DNA of 64,000 bases from Octopus bimaculoides (GCF_001194135.2 NC_069000.1:40877332-40941331); one strand, 5' to 3'; numbered from the stretch's first letter, positions 49,897 through 63,926 are shown. Notes: generated by a model not told the origin, from the letters alone. Translations and numbers: made by a program.

Positions 49897-50847
49897 GTAA
49901 ATACTTATCTAAAATTTCTTAAATTTCACACACAGACACATACACACACACACACAGACAAACAGACACAGAGACACAGAGACACACGCACACACAGACA
50001 CAGGCACACAGACACAGACACAGGCACACACACACACACACAAACACACCCACACATTTTCACTCATATACACACACATACTTATGTACTATGATTGTAT
50101 TAGGGTATCACACTTAACGCTATTGTTACTCGATTATAAAACGGATATTGTGAAACACTGTTACGGGTATAAACATACTGAGCACATTTCTTGTATGCTG
50201 ACACATTATCCACAATAAAGAATTGTAAAGAAGATACTTATGGTAACAATTCTATGCTGGAGAATATCGTTACACAGCAGCTATAGGAACGGTAAAGGTT
50301 TGGTTGCCCGCTACTCCGTACAGCCTACACCACGAACTTATATGTTTCTCTGTCGTGATGAAAATAACTTCGATTATTCAGATCGAACTTCCACAACCGA
50401 GAATAAATTACAATGATATACAGAAATAGCCTTTCTACTGGAAACACAAGGGTCCAAATTTGGGGGAAGGGTTGAAATCGATTACATCGACCCCAGTACG
50501 TAAATGGTACTTAATTTATCGACCCAGAAAGGATGAAAGGCAAAGTCGACATGGGTTATTGACACGGGATTCTTTGAGTTTCGTATCAATGTCTAGTTAC
50601 ATAGAGAAACGTTTAAGCCAATTTTGGTTCGAGGCTGGAGTACCTGTTTTTCAATTGCTTTCCAGCAAGCCTTGAGTTGCACACACACACACACANNNNN
50701 NNNNNNNNNNNNNNNNNNNNNNNNNNNNNNNNNNNNNNNNNNNNNNNNNNNNNNNNNNNNNCACACACATACATATATATATACATATATATGCCTACAC
50801 ACACACATAGAAACACAGACACATGCAAACACACACATACAAACACT

Positions 50848-50878
<31 letters not shown>

Positions 50879-50925
50879 TCTATATATATATATATATATA
50901 TATTTTCACTTATTTTTATTTTCAG

Positions 50926-51035
50926 CTGTCTTGGAATTGCAGTAGATGCCGCACATCCTCTGACCTCACCATGTAGCGAATCTTGCATACCTTACCACAA
51001 ACCTTCGCTTTCTTACGATCTCAATTGCTTAATGG
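50926..51035 (+). CDS. Peroxidase-like exon 7 (CLGIAVDAAHPLTSPCSESCIPYHKPSLSYDLNCLMG)
   Basis: ttttattttcAG| ... G|GTAAGT, 110 nt. It aligns to CxPIxxPxxDP...CxxFxRS...C..G. Confidence 0.85.
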
Positions 51036-52743
51036 GTAAGTAAATTTATTAACAAATACCACCATTGCGACAACGAGTTACAGCGACGACGATGGACACC
51101 ACCACTACTACCACCACCATGGGATATTTGGGGCAAGAACAACTATTTCTTGTAGTTACTAACGACAGCGTAAAGGATCCACCCTTGACTCGAACTCTTT
51201 TCTTAGTTTAGATTACTTAGTGGGTCTCGAGAAGCTGACCTGTCATTGAATCAGTAATTTGGTTTTGATTACAAGCAATGGCTGATTGTTTCTGCAAGAG
51301 TCCTTTCCTTGTTAAATTTACCCAACAGGAAGATCAATTACGATGAATCGCCAGCGTTTTGGACACGACTATCATTCCTCTTAAATAATATATCCAAAAT
51401 GTCATGCATACACATAACCATTCTTTATTTTCTATACTAGCTTAATTTAAAATCTACTAAGGCTTCTTTGAAAATACTAAATGGTGGATGTCCCAAATAT
51501 TTTTCCAAGGATTGCTTTTGTTTATCGGCAATTAATTACGAATGAGTTATTTGGGTATTCGTTTCTGCTCTAGGCACAAGGCCCGAAATTTTTGGGACGG
51601 CAGCCAGTCGATTAGATCGATCCCAGTACGCAACTGGTACTTTATTTATCGATGCCGAAAGGTAACATCGACCTCGGTGGAATTTGAACTCAGAACGTAA
51701 AGACAGACGAAATACCGTTAAGCATTTCGCCCAGCGTGCTAACGTTTCTGCCATCTCGCCGCTTTAGTTATTTGGATATTTAAAAATCAACCCAGGCTTA
51801 TTCAGTATTTCCTTGTGGCTCAGCTACAAAGAATGACATGAGTATCACGAAAAACTCAGCAGATACTATTTTACTCTGGTATTGCTGTCAGTTATTGGAC
51901 CGCAACATTGCTGGTATACAACTTTTATCCCAAATTGTTAAGTTTCAACGACGTAAAGTAACTAACACTTATTGCCGAGCAGTATTAGCATGAAAAAAAA
52001 ACAACTTGTGAAGGAGACAAAAAATGCATTGCGGCACACACATACATACACAAAGATGCGTACACGCATGCACACGCACACAACACTCATATATGATGGG
52101 TTTCTGTCAACGAGTTCACTTATAAGGCATTGGTCATCGCAGAGCTGTAGTAGAAGACACTCTCAAAAGGTAGTGGATGGAATTAGAGTTCATATTCTTT
52201 TACCATTTTACGTTTCAGTCATTGGATTGCGGTCTTGTTATGTCGCTGGCTTGAAAGGGTTAGTTGAACAAACCGTCTCCAGTATTTATTCCTTTTAACT
52301 TTTGCACTTATTCTATCGGTTTAATTGCCGAACCGCTAAATTATAGAGACATAAACAAAGCGTTAATCAGGCGGTATAGAGACAAACGCAAAGACATGCA
52401 CACAAATGCATATGTACATATTCACATACATGCCTACACACATATGTATATATATTGTGTATACATGCAATAACTTTTGTATATATTACTTTGAAATTTT
52501 GGCACAAGGGTAGCAATTTCGAGGGAGGAGTAAGTCGATTACATAGATCCCACTGTTCAGCTGGTATATATTTTATCGAACTCGAAAAGATGAAAGGCAA
52601 AGTTGACTTCGGAGGAATTTGAACTCAGACTGTACAGACAGACGAAATGCCGTTAAGCATTTTGCCCGGTGTGCTAACGATTCTACCCCCTGCCAGCTCA
52701 ATGCCTTATACATACATATGTATATATATGTATGTATATATAC

Positions 52744-52775
<32 letters not shown>

Positions 52776-53639
52776 NNNNNNNNNNNNNNNNNNNNNNNNN
52801 NNNNNNNNNNNNNNNNNNNNNNNNNNNNNNNNNNNNNNNNNNNNNNNNNNNNNNNNNNNNNNNNNNNNNNNNNNNNNNNNNNNNNNNNNNNNNNNNNNNN
52901 NNNNNNNNNNNNNNNNNNNNNNNNNNNNNNNNNNNNNNNNNNNNNNNNNNNNNNNNNNNNNNNNNNNNNNNNNNNNNNNNNNNNNNNNNNNNNNNNNNNN
53001 NNNNNNNNNNNNNNNNNTATATATATATATATATGCCTAAGATGCTGAGCAGTGGATCTAAATCTTAAACCACATTGTTGCGAAGCGAACATCTTAGCCA
53101 CACAACCATTCCTCTGCCTATCGTTTGTCTTTTAACTTTTATGTTTCAGTCGGTGGCCATGCTGGGGCATCGCCTTCAAGAATTTTCAGTCGAATGAATC
53201 GAGACTAATACATTTTTTTAAGCCTGGTACTTACTCTATCAGTATCTTTTGCTGAACCGCTAAGTTACGATGTAAACACACGAACATCGCTTGTCAAATG
53301 GTGGGTGAAGGACAAACGAATGCACACACTCAACAGACTTCTCCCAGTTTATGTCCACCAAATCCACTCGGAAGGCTTTGGATGGTCCGAGGCTATGATA
53401 GAAGATACTTGCTCAAGGTGCCATACAGTGTGACTGAAACCGGAACAACGTGGTTGGGAAACAAATGTCTTACCACACAGTCACGCAAGCGCCTAAGTTG
53501 AGAAAGTTTTCCATTTCTTTCCAGCTACTGACATTTTGTTAATATTGTTTGAAATATTTTTCCTTAATATGTAATGGAAAAGAGCATGTAGATTGGTTGA
53601 ATGCCCGTATATATATATTGTTTTTTCCTCTTTCTGAAG

Positions 53640-53735
53640 GCGAAATCAACGGAATAAACTTAAACACTCATTATATTGATGCTTCACCAATTTTTGGTTC
53701 TACTGAAGCGAAATTTAATTCTCTTACTGATACAG
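53640..53735 (+). CDS. Peroxidase-like exon 8 (EINGINLNTHYIDASPIFGSTEAKFNSLTDTG)
   Basis: tctttctgaAG| ... G|GTATGT, 96 nt. It has NxxTxxIDASxxxGS, the Ca2+-binding loop. Confidence 0.92.
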
Positions 53736-54253
53736 GTATGTAAAATATTTATATATCTTCTATTCTATTTTATTTCAGAAATACCCATTTGATACTTAAA
53801 TTGTTAAAAAAATTAAGAATTTATATATTACTAACCAGCTAGTTTGCTAACTGAATTGCTTCACCTTTGTGCATTCGCTCAGCATCTAGTGATATTAGCT
53901 ATTGACTCAGTAAGTTCATTTGCTGAAATATTTCGCATTAACCAAGCTGAAACTTATGATTTCAACATATTCTGACTCGGTTAGTTACATGCCACATATG
54001 TTAGAGATGAGACCCTGAGAGGTGCTACTACTCTAGGAGAGAGGTAGACCTGGAGATAAGTGTAACAGTGGCTAAGATGAAGTTGCACACTCCTGAACCA
54101 GGGCCGCACTACCAAATGCAGTTTGAAGTCATAACTGGTCACTGGATGATATGTAACATGCTTGAACTGCAATGCTGCACAAATATGATAAACCGTTGCA
54201 TGTTGGAGTGCGTAATGTGATACTGAATTAACGGATATAATAATAATAATAAC

Positions 54254-54287
<34 letters not shown>

Positions 54288-54859
54288 GCCCGGATTCAGT
54301 ACCAGGCAGTGACTCTCATGGCTTCTGATCTTAACTGATTGGAAGTGTTATCATGTACACTGTTTTGTCTTGGTGTAAAAGATGGGCTACAGCAAATATT
54401 CTGCTCAATACCACAGATTTGCTTGTCAGTTGTTTGACCTTAACCAATTAAGCTTGTCCCTTAGTTGCTGACGATATGTGCATCTCTGATCACGATCACA
54501 AGTAGTGGAGGAGCATCATAGCCATGTGTTGAGAGGAATTCTTTGGGGTTTGAATAATTCACCTTTGGAAAAATGGGTGTTTTGCTCAACATCCTTAAAC
54601 AAACCTTATTCAGGGACCTTTTGAGCGGGATGGGCTACTCGACCTGAAGAAAATTCTAACTGGGCCCCACCTGCGAGGTCATGCGCTATTTATCTTGATA
54701 TGAGATCACCATGTCGCGTACATATGGTTGTGATGCATGTGCCTGGTGTACCCTTATCAGACGGGTAGTCATGATGGGTATAATGGGCTTCGTATATTTT
54801 ACCCCAGTATCACTTTGATGGCATGCACTGCTCTCTCACTCAATAATAATAATAGTAAT

Positions 54860-55195
54860 AATCGGAAGTGTGACTCACATTGTTAGTGCTTGTGAAAAAG
54901 AGAAAAAGTTGATAAATATGGAGACCTTAGAATTGAGATCGCTGAGATGTGGTAGCTAGGATAACATAGATGTTATCCCTATTGTCATCTGAGCATTGGG
55001 TTCAATACCACCCAATCTGAAAAAAAAAAACTATCTGAAAACTTTAGAAATACCCTACAATCCAGACGTATTGCAAAAGTTGGCATTACTTGGAACTGCA
55101 CGCATATTGCGTAAAGTACTGTCTGTCTGAGGTCCTTGTTGTGACTTGACAAACTGTACAACCCTCACGATATTGTATACCGTGTGACGTCTATA
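54860..55195 (+). mobile_element. R4/Dong-like RLE LINE 3' fragment flanked by (TAA)n
   Basis: Translation VTHIVSAC / EKVDKYGDLRIEIAEMW...VIPIVIxALG...LQKLALLGTAxILRKVLSV*. It is apparently internally deleted between the zinc knuckle and the RLE end. Confidence 0.75.
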
Positions 55196-55320
55196 ATAAT
55201 AATAATAATAATGGTTTGAAATTTTTCCACAAGAGCAGCCATTTTGGGGGAGGGAATGAAGCGATTACATCAACCACCAGTATTTTGTTTCTATATCATT
55301 TATTCATTATTTTTTTCCAG

Positions 55321-55380
55321 GAAAAAAACTGAAAATGACGAACAATTTTCTAGAGATAAATTCAGCAAAATTCATTTCAG
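55321..55380 (+). CDS. Peroxidase-like exon 9 (KKLKMTNNFLEINSAKFISG)
   Basis: ttttttccAG| ... TCAG|GTGAGA, 60 nt, phase 1 to phase 1. It occupies the GxL...LP...CFxAG segment. Confidence 0.8.
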
Positions 55381-56292
55381 GTGAGATACGACTTTATAAT
55401 GCTTACGTTTCAAACTGATAAGTACAATGACCGAAAGTAATATCACCTGTAGCTGCAGTAACGGTGTCACTAGTAGAAATAGCAGTGACTGAAGCAGTGA
55501 AGATGACAGCATTGAAGAATGTATTGAGGATTATATTGCTGTTTCTCCATACAGACAATACAATGCCATATATAATTATATGATAGATCGCTGACGACTA
55601 CATTTATATTTTTTCTCCTTGTTTCTCTCCTTATTTCTTTCTGTGTTCTTTTCAGTTGAAGAGCGTAGCTCGAAACGTCAAAGACTTTCTCTATTCCCGA
55701 GCGTTAAACTAATACATCCATTTGTTGTTTACACCACCTGTCTTCGTCTGTTGTTTTTTTCGTAAATTCTCCCACACATATATATATACATATACATATA
55801 CACACATATATATATATATATATATATACGCAANNNNNNNNNNNNNNNNNNNNNNNNNNNNNNNNNNNNNNNNNNNNNNNNNNNNNNNNNNNNNNNNNNN
55901 NNNNNNNNNNNNNNNNNNNNNNNNNNNNNNNNNNNNNNNNNNNNNNNNNNNNNNNNNNNNNNNNNNNNNNNNNNNNNNNNNNNNNNNNNNNNNNNNNNNN
56001 NNNNNNNNNNNNNNNNNNNNNNNNNNNNNNNNNNNNNNNNNNNNNNNNNNNNNNNNNNNNNNNNNNNNNNNNNNNNNNNNNNNNNNNNNNNNNNNNNNNN
56101 NNNNNNNNNNNNNNNNNNNNNNNNNNNNNNNNNNNNNNNNNNNNNNNNNNNNNNNNNNNNNNNNNNNNNNNNNNNNNNNNNNNNNNNNNNNNNNNNNNNN
56201 NNNNNNNNNNNNNNNNNNNNNNNNNNNNNNNNNNNNNNNNNNNNNNNNNNNNNNNNNNNNNNNNNNNNNNNNNNNNNNNNNNNNNNNNNNNN

Positions 56293-56360
<68 letters not shown>

Positions 56361-56419
56361 GATAAAGCATCACATCGGTAGGATTAGCCCCGTACCATAA
56401 CAGGCGGTCTTTTTTCCCG

Positions 56420-57010
56420 ATTACCTACAAAGTCTCACGTCTTTGCGCGTGATCATCCTTTCGAATTTGGTTTGGCTAAGAATCCTCCGATATAATATAA
56501 AGAGTGATTCGTTGTTTTTATCAAGTCTCCTGCAAGACCGTAAAACTTGGCACGTTGAATTACCGTAGTCCACCAGCTCATTTTTAAAGAAAATCTTTAA
56601 AACCATGTATCTTTGGCAACCTTGGGGTATGGATATGGCCGTTTGGTTAAACTCTGTTTGGGTTTGGTTCTCTGGGCACTACCGTTGTCGTCTATCTTTG
56701 CATCAACACGACATAAGCTTTCACTTGTGAGGAAAATTTCATAAGTGGGACTGTATAAAGACTCTCACAGATCAGAAAGCTCTGCAAAAGGAATTCTCTC
56801 AATTTTAGGCTGATAGACCTTATCCATAGCCCGGTTTAACAGTATCACCTAGCTCTTGGATTACACTAGCGAAGCCCACTTTCTTGAAAGCTTTCAGAAA
56901 AGGTTTCCAAACTGTAATTAACACGATTTCTGTTTTCGTTACTCTCTTTTCCCCTCGTCTTGGAGGACCTGTACAAAAGTTCTAGGTAGCTGTACTCCCA
57001 CCTTTTTTGA
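56420..57010 (-). mobile_element. Degenerate L1/Tx1-like LINE 3' remnant
   Basis: YRRILSQTKFERM resembles the C-terminus of the element at 27230..28250. Weak. Confidence 0.35.
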
Positions 57011-57253
57011 TACAACCGTAAGAACAGAAACCCATGGTAAGATATACTGCATACAGTCGAAATATTTGTTAGTTCTGTAAAGGAGTCGCTAAGAGATAGA
57101 TTTTAATTAATTCACAGTAGCTCTTTATCGATAGATGTATTGCATAAAATACCAACTATGTTCGATAGTAATAGACACAATCCAACGTCAATGTCGAGAT
57201 AAAACATACACGATCATGTATTTAATGAAAATATACCTGCCTTTATTTTGTAG

Positions 57254-57698
57254 GTGATGAGCGAATCAATGAACAGCCTTTAATCATGGCAGTATATCAC
57301 TTATTTGCTCTTGAATACAATAGGATAGTTACTAAGATGACTACAATGAACATCCCAAGCGCCGCACAACACGCAAAAAAAATCTTAATAGCCGAGTTAC
57401 AACATATTACTTACAACGAGTTTCTTCCATCTTTGCTTGGTCAAAGTACTAGCGTGAGATCACAGAGCAGCGGGTATATAAATTATGATCCCACAAAGAA
57501 GACTGAAATTTACAATTCCTTCTCCATTGCTTATAAATTGGCTGTGTATTCGATGTTGAGAAGTAGTTACAAAGATTCTAACGGTGCGGACATTCAAATA
57601 GGAGCTACCAGACAAAATAGTGGATATATGGACACTGATGCCAAAAGAGACAATATCATAAACCGTTTGTTAACTGACAAAAGTTCAATGATTAATAA
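57254..57698 (+). CDS. Peroxidase-like exon 10 (DERINEQPLIMAVYHLFALEYNRIV...AELQHITYNEFLPSLLG...YNSFSIAYKLAVYSML...SSMIN)
   Basis: ttattttgtAG| ... AA|GTAAGT, 445 nt open frame. It carries GDxRxNE, E(H/Y)NRI, QHITYNEFLPxLLG and YDP motifs. Confidence 0.95.
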
Positions 57699-57742
57699 GT
57701 AAGTATAGCTTTCTTTCTTTGTCGTTTTCTTTCGTTACTCTT

Positions 57743-57912
57743 TGTATGTATGTATGTATGTATGTATGTATGTATGTATGTATGTATGTATGTATGTATG
57801 TATGCATGTAAGCATATATGTATGCATGTATATATGTATGTATGTATGTATGTATGCATGTATGCATGTATGCATGTATGTATGTATGTATGTATGTATG
57901 TATGTATGTATA
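57743..57912. repeat. (TATG)n tetranucleotide repeat just after peroxidase exon 10
   Basis: Read directly. Confidence 0.9.
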
Positions 57913-58194
57913 TATGTCATTGTTCAGTTAATTTTAAGATTTCTTGCCAATAGGGAAAGAATCGATTTGTAACCTAGATTCAAGGCTCCTTCATTGGAAT
58001 TTCAACATCAACAATAACGTATTTTTGTATGTATGTATCAAGATTTGGATGTTTTGCTTTATGTATATATTCTCATGCATATAGTTGCATATCTAGACAT
58101 GCTCATATATATTTAATGATAAACTTCTGGAAAGTTTAACAGATTTTTACAGTGATGGATTGGACCTGTAATCTTCGGATTAGCTTTCTCCTTC

Positions 58195-59790
58195 CTGGTT
58201 TTGAGAAGCCTAATTTATCAAGATTGGTATTTAGGCAATGTGTTACATATCCCAGGTCCCAATAATTACAGGTATAAACCTGAACTTGTAATCTGGATAG
58301 AGAAACTGCAGATTTCTCAATAGTTCAGCGCAGGTATTCTCTTTTTCACTGGTCTTTAGCTATATGTTAACATCCGCTGGGTAGCTAATTTCCACAACTA
58401 TACACAGTTTCTCTTCTCTAGCCCAAATTATTATATTAGGTCTGTTGTGCTTACATTTTATTGAGATCTTCACTGGGACATTCAACGAGTACACTTTTTT
58501 ATTATGAGTGGCTATGGCTTGTACCATACTGTGGGTTCTTATTTCTTTGCCCTCGGGGTTATCCTTTCGACAGATTTCATTATAGAGTGTTCTAGCTACA
58601 ATATCATGTCTCATCGGTAAATAATACAGTGATGACATTTTCGGACAACTGCTTATGATGTGGGTGATATCTTCGGTGTTAATTTCAAAATGTCTGCATT
58701 TGTTGTCACAATTTACTACTTTTCCTGCATCACTGTCCCTTTTGTGCCAACGCATACCCTTCAAAGTGGGAGGTATTAATCCGGCTATTGGTTCATGAGA
58801 AACTGCTTTGATGATCAGCGTTTCTATCATCTCGGTGTTTTCTTTTAACATATCCATGCATAGTCTTCTGCTCATATAGGCTCATCTTTTCATCTGATGA
58901 TACACTGCGGTAGAGTCGTGCAACTTCTTTGGGCATGTATTCTAGTTTATCAGTCAAAGAATGTTGCTCAAGGAGTTGCCTTCCAAATCTTATGATGTTA
59001 TCCGCCTCATGTATGCAAACTTGGTCAAGGGATGCATTTCGATACTTGGTGTTTAAAAGATGTTGCCGAAGGGATATGATACAACATTCAAAGGCATTTT
59101 GGATTATTGTTTAAGCCTCTGCCACCTAAGTAGAGACGGTCTACGTCACTATTTATGTGGAAATTATGTGTGCTTGTTAGTATTTTTAGGGAATTCACAT
59201 CAATGACTCGGATCTCCTCAAGCGTCCAATCAAGCAGCCCAAATGTTGGTATGAATACTAGTACTGCAAACACACTGTGGGCCACTGTTTAATTGGATGC
59301 AGAGAGTTCTGAGGTTCAAATTTTCCTTATTCGACTGAAATATTCTTTAGTGACACGTGTTTTATTACAGGTGCCACTGTAAGATATGTTTTCATCCACC
59401 CCTAGACACCTGTAACATTCCTCGTCAGATATAAGGGAAAAAGTCAAATCATTGATGGTGATGTTCCTAGTCTGGTTTATAGTTTTCCCCCTTTTCAAAA
59501 CTATATAACAAAATTTAACCTGACCAAACTCCAACCCTAATCCTTTGAGAATGTTGTAACTAGGTCAAGGCTCTTTTTCATCTCATGCATATTCTTTGTG
59601 TAAAGTTTCAAGTCATCTACAAAGAAACAATGTATAATTTTGGTATTTCCGTTTTCTTGTGAATCAGTGAGATATCCTTCAGACGTCCTTTACATGAATG
59701 ACAAAGGGTTTACAGAAAGTATAAACATCACAGAGAGACTGTCCCTTTGGAATATGCCTTTGCGATACTGTATTCTGTCAGTGATAATAC
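58195..59790 (-). mobile_element. R4/Dong/NeSL-like RLE LINE, frameshifted RT to RLE remnant in peroxidase intron 10
   Basis: RT motifs KGIFQRDSLS (59690-59770) and FFVDDLKLY (about 59600-59625), zinc knuckle CRHF...EDITHIISSCP...RHD, and RLE motif KHNRPNIIIW...VEISYPAD. Confidence 0.9.
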
Positions 59791-60083
59791 AATCTTTGTG
59801 TTTAATTTCAGATATATATGTGTGTGTGTATGTGTGTGTATGTGTGTGTGTATGTGTGTGTGTATGTGTGTGTGCGTGTGTGTATGGCATGTATGTTTGA
59901 CGTTACAATTTCAAAACAAAATTCAAGAGAGGAAGACAACAATGTGTACCAGAAAGGTTCAGTAGTCTATAAGATTATTAAAAATATTAAAAGTTCTGAT
60001 CTTTTAATTTACAAGAATCAGTTATCAATGTACACTTGCAATTATCTATGTTCGTTTATAATTACTGTTCCTTATTTTGACAG

Positions 60084-60284
60084 CCATTTTGCTTGCATCT
60101 TTATCAATGATTGTCCGACAAATCCTTCTCCTTCTGGCGATATGGCGGCTAGTGCGATTCAAGACAGCCGATATATGTCAATCGCTCCATACTCTATATG
60201 GTTGATAGTAGCTAATGCACCCAGTAACCCTAATCTTCCATACCACACTCCAGCCGAACGAACCAAACTGACAGATAATTATAA
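60084..60284 (+). CDS. Peroxidase-like exon 11 (HFACIFINDCPTNPSPSGDMAASAIQDSRYMSIAPYSIWLIVANAPSNPNLPYHTPAERTKLTDNY)
   Basis: cttattttgacAG| ... AA|GTGAGT, 201 nt, phase 2 to phase 2. It aligns to GxDLxAxNIQRGRDHGxPxYxxW. Confidence 0.9.
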
Positions 60285-61046
60285 GTGAGTTTGATCAAAT
60301 TTTATTTTGTATTTTGTTTTTCACGTAAAATTTTCAATAATTTTTTTTAAAATGTATAATCCAAGCAAATTTATCTTCAAATGAAATTTCAGTATTTGAC
60401 GTACATACCTACATACACACACCACGTACACACACAACTACACCAAAACATACAGCCACGCATACACACACTGGCACGTACGTATACACACATACGCACA
60501 GATAGGGATATATATCCATTATTATAAGTACATACAGACACACATACATTGATATATAAGCGGACATACGAATATACATATAGTATTAACCGTCCAGAAG
60601 CATATGGATGAATGCACGCATCCATCCATCCACGCATCCATCAATCCATCCGTCCATCCATCCATCCAGCCATCCATCCATCCATCCATCCAGCCAGCCA
60701 GCCACCTACACATATTCACAGATATATATATATTAAATAATATATATGTATATGTGTATGAGTGTGTGTGTGTATGTGAGTGTTTGTAAAATCTTATTAA
60801 GAGATGCGGGAAGTAACTATACTAACAAGTAAAGTTAATAGCCACATCAATATGGCTGTTCAATGTTATTACTGATTAACCCCTGGTAGATCTTCCGCCA
60901 GCTGGTTATAGATGCAGCCTGCACCCTATATATATTGCAAGCAGGGGAGTGAACCCTTACCACTCTAGCAGACGATGAGATCCCGAGACCAACTCGGTTT
61001 CGAGCTAGTCTTGTTCATCCTCAGTCGTGAACACCTGGTTGCTATA

Positions 61047-61127
<81 letters not shown>

Positions 61128-61806
61128 NNNNNNNNNNNNNNNNNNNNNNNNNNNNNNNNNNNNNNNNNNNNNNNNNNNNNNNNNNNNNNNNNNNNNNNNN
61201 NNNNNNNNNNNNNNNNNNNNNNNNNNNNNNNNNNNNNNNNNNNNNNNNNNNNNNNNNNNNNNNNNNNNNNNNNNNNNNNNNNNNNNNNNNNNNNNNNNNN
61301 NNNNNNNNNNNNNNNNNNNNNNNNNNNNNNNNNNNNNNNNNNNNNNNNNNNNNNNNNNNNNNNNNNNNNNNNNNNNNNNNNNNNNNNNNNNNNNNNNNNN
61401 NNNNNNNNNNNNNNNNNNNNNNNNNNNNNNNNNNNNNNNNNNNNNNNNNNNNNNNNNNNNNNNNNNNNNNNNNNNNNNNNNNNNNNNNNNNNNNNNNNNN
61501 NNNNNNNNNNNNNNNNNNNNNNNNNNNNNNNNNNNNNNNNNNNNNNNNNNNNNNNNNNNNNNNNNNNNNNNNNNNNNNNNNNNNNNNNNNNNNNNNNNNN
61601 NNNNNNNNNNNNNNNNNNNNNNNNNNNNTACACTAACCAGTAAAGTTTCCATTGAAATAAATAAATAAGTAAATGAGTGGAAACTTTACCGGTGAGTGTT
61701 AAATAATAAGGCACTAAAAGAGAATGATTCTCCCCTGACGCAACAAAATTTGCTTCAACACACGAACTCACATAAAGAATCTTGCAAACCAAATCCAAAA
61801 TCGTAG

Positions 61807-61847
<41 letters not shown>

Positions 61848-63369
61848 ACACACATATATAAAAATGTGTGTGTTTTATATATATATATACATATATAATG
61901 TATATACGGATACTCAAAAAACACACCGCACACATATACATACACACAAACACACACACGCATACACACGCACACACATACACACATATCCTAAACTTGA
62001 GTCATCTCCAAGTAATGAACCTAAAAGTCCCAAAATAGTTATGCAATCTTATTGAACCTTAGAAGATGTGTGAGTGATAAATCCAATATTCACATGAAAT
62101 TTCCTAAACTTAAACCAGAAGCATTTAAACAACATACAAATGCACCAAAAACTTTAACCAGCAACGTTGAAGGTAAGCATTCACGTAGTGAGTATTCTAA
62201 ACCATCAAGTAAAAACAGACACACAGAAACCAATTCCATAGACGCTTAAACGGTAGAACTCTGTAAGCTAAAATAACAAAGAGGATTATTCTAGCTATCA
62301 AAAACAGATGTATTATGCATAGCTGTCTCCCCATATTATCGAGCTAATGTCACACATCGTAATTTGCGAGCGGGCATTTAAACCATGAATTCAACGTTTT
62401 GCATGTGGAGAAAAGAAACTCTACTTCATTATGAAGCCATATTTTGTATGAAAGATCATGGTATTAAAATCTTTAATATCACATGACCTTTAGCCAGGAT
62501 GAAATTTGCGAAAATATTGCGGGCTCTGTAACAGTAAAAAGTCATTCAATCTCACCAAACAACAAACTCGTAAAAGGATGTATTTATTTCATCTGGACCA
62601 CCATGAGAACAAGTATTTTCTAGTAAATTGTAACAGATATGTTTGTCCGATTGAATGTAAATAATGACTAAAAGTCTGTATGTCATCACCCATTACAAAA
62701 GACAAAGAAAAGTTTACAAAACGGTAAATCCCGTAAAAACCATATCTTTGGGTTTAGGCGGGCTGTAGTTTAGTTGAAGGTTGTGACTCGAAATGGGAAT
62801 TAGATTTGCATCCTTGATGATATAATAGGTGGTTATTTCATACTGTATGACCTTCGTCATATCGAAGCGTATTGATTGAGACTTTAAATAGATGTGGTAG
62901 TGTCATAATTGTGTTTCCCTTATCATTGCTCGGGCCCGAAATATTGTAATATTTTGTGTTGGTAAAATTGAAAAAAGTTGGTTGCCTTAATTTTGGGATA
63001 CCCTGCATGGTAGTTTAGCAGATGCATACAAGCAACAGATGGAAATATCGGTGTAAAAAACTGATAAAGCAATGTTATAAAACAGACCTGCTTTGTGGTG
63101 TTTGTGCTTTTCGAATTGCGTAGAAACTTCTTTTCACCCTTTTCATCTGTAATATAGAAGACGAGGGAACGATCATTTGGAAATCTACAACCAATACTAC
63201 AATTGATCGCTAATCATGATGTATATGATAAATAACTAGAGTAGCTTGTCGAAAATACACAGCATGTAAATGAAATGCTCTGTGTCATCCACATGATCCA
63301 ATAGGATTATGGGACCCCTTTTATATAGCAAATATTTAACTTTTTACATAATTTTTTTCTCTCTTGCAG

Positions 63370-63530
63370 AAATTTAGATGACATTGATTTTGCTTCTGCT
63401 GTCTTATCCGAGACACTGGCCGGTGACGCAATGGTTGGCCCAACGCTGAAAAAATTGTTCGAAGAGCAGTTTAAAATAGTGAAGGAAGGAGACAGGTTCT
63501 ATTATGAAAATTTCCCCGTGTTTACTCCAA
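63370..63530 (+). CDS. Peroxidase-like exon 12 (NLDDIDFASAVLSETLAGDAMVGPTLKKLFEEQFKIVKEGDRFYYENFPVFTP); gene continues beyond the window
   Basis: ctctcttgcAG| ... A|GTAAGC, 161 nt. It carries DIDL, VGPT, QF and GDRFxYEN motifs. Confidence 0.95.
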
Positions 63531-63658
63531 GTAAGCAATTTTTTTAATGAAACTCATAATCTTATAAACGAGTAATTTTTCCATAAAATATCTGATTATC
63601 ATTCATGCGCCGTGCATTAATATGCTCTATCCTTCTATGTCTCTCTCCGTTTCACCCA

Positions 63659-63659
<1 letters not shown>

Positions 63660-63714
<55 letters not shown>

Positions 63715-63727
63715 GTCTGTCTGTCTA

Positions 63728-63776
<49 letters not shown>

Positions 63777-63926
63777 ACACATATACAATACACACATACA
63801 CTCACACACACCTATGCCTCTGTGTGTGTGTGTGTGTGTGTGTGTATGAAGGTACGTGGTCCAGTGGGTACTGTATTGCACTCGCAATCACTAGATCGCG
63901 GGTTCGAGTCATGGACCGGGCAAAGC

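Noticed and set aside
50926-51035. YHKP in place of FxRS as loss of the distal catalytic Arg
   Set aside because: The catalytic Arg (MPO Arg239) belongs to the GDxRxxE motif, which is retained in exon 10 (GDERINE).
54284-54340. HDV-like ribozyme at the presumed 5' end of the 560-bp element
   Set aside because: Only a short GCCYGG/CCAGGC hairpin with a ~7-nt spacer is visible, too small for the nested P1/P2/P3 pseudoknot.
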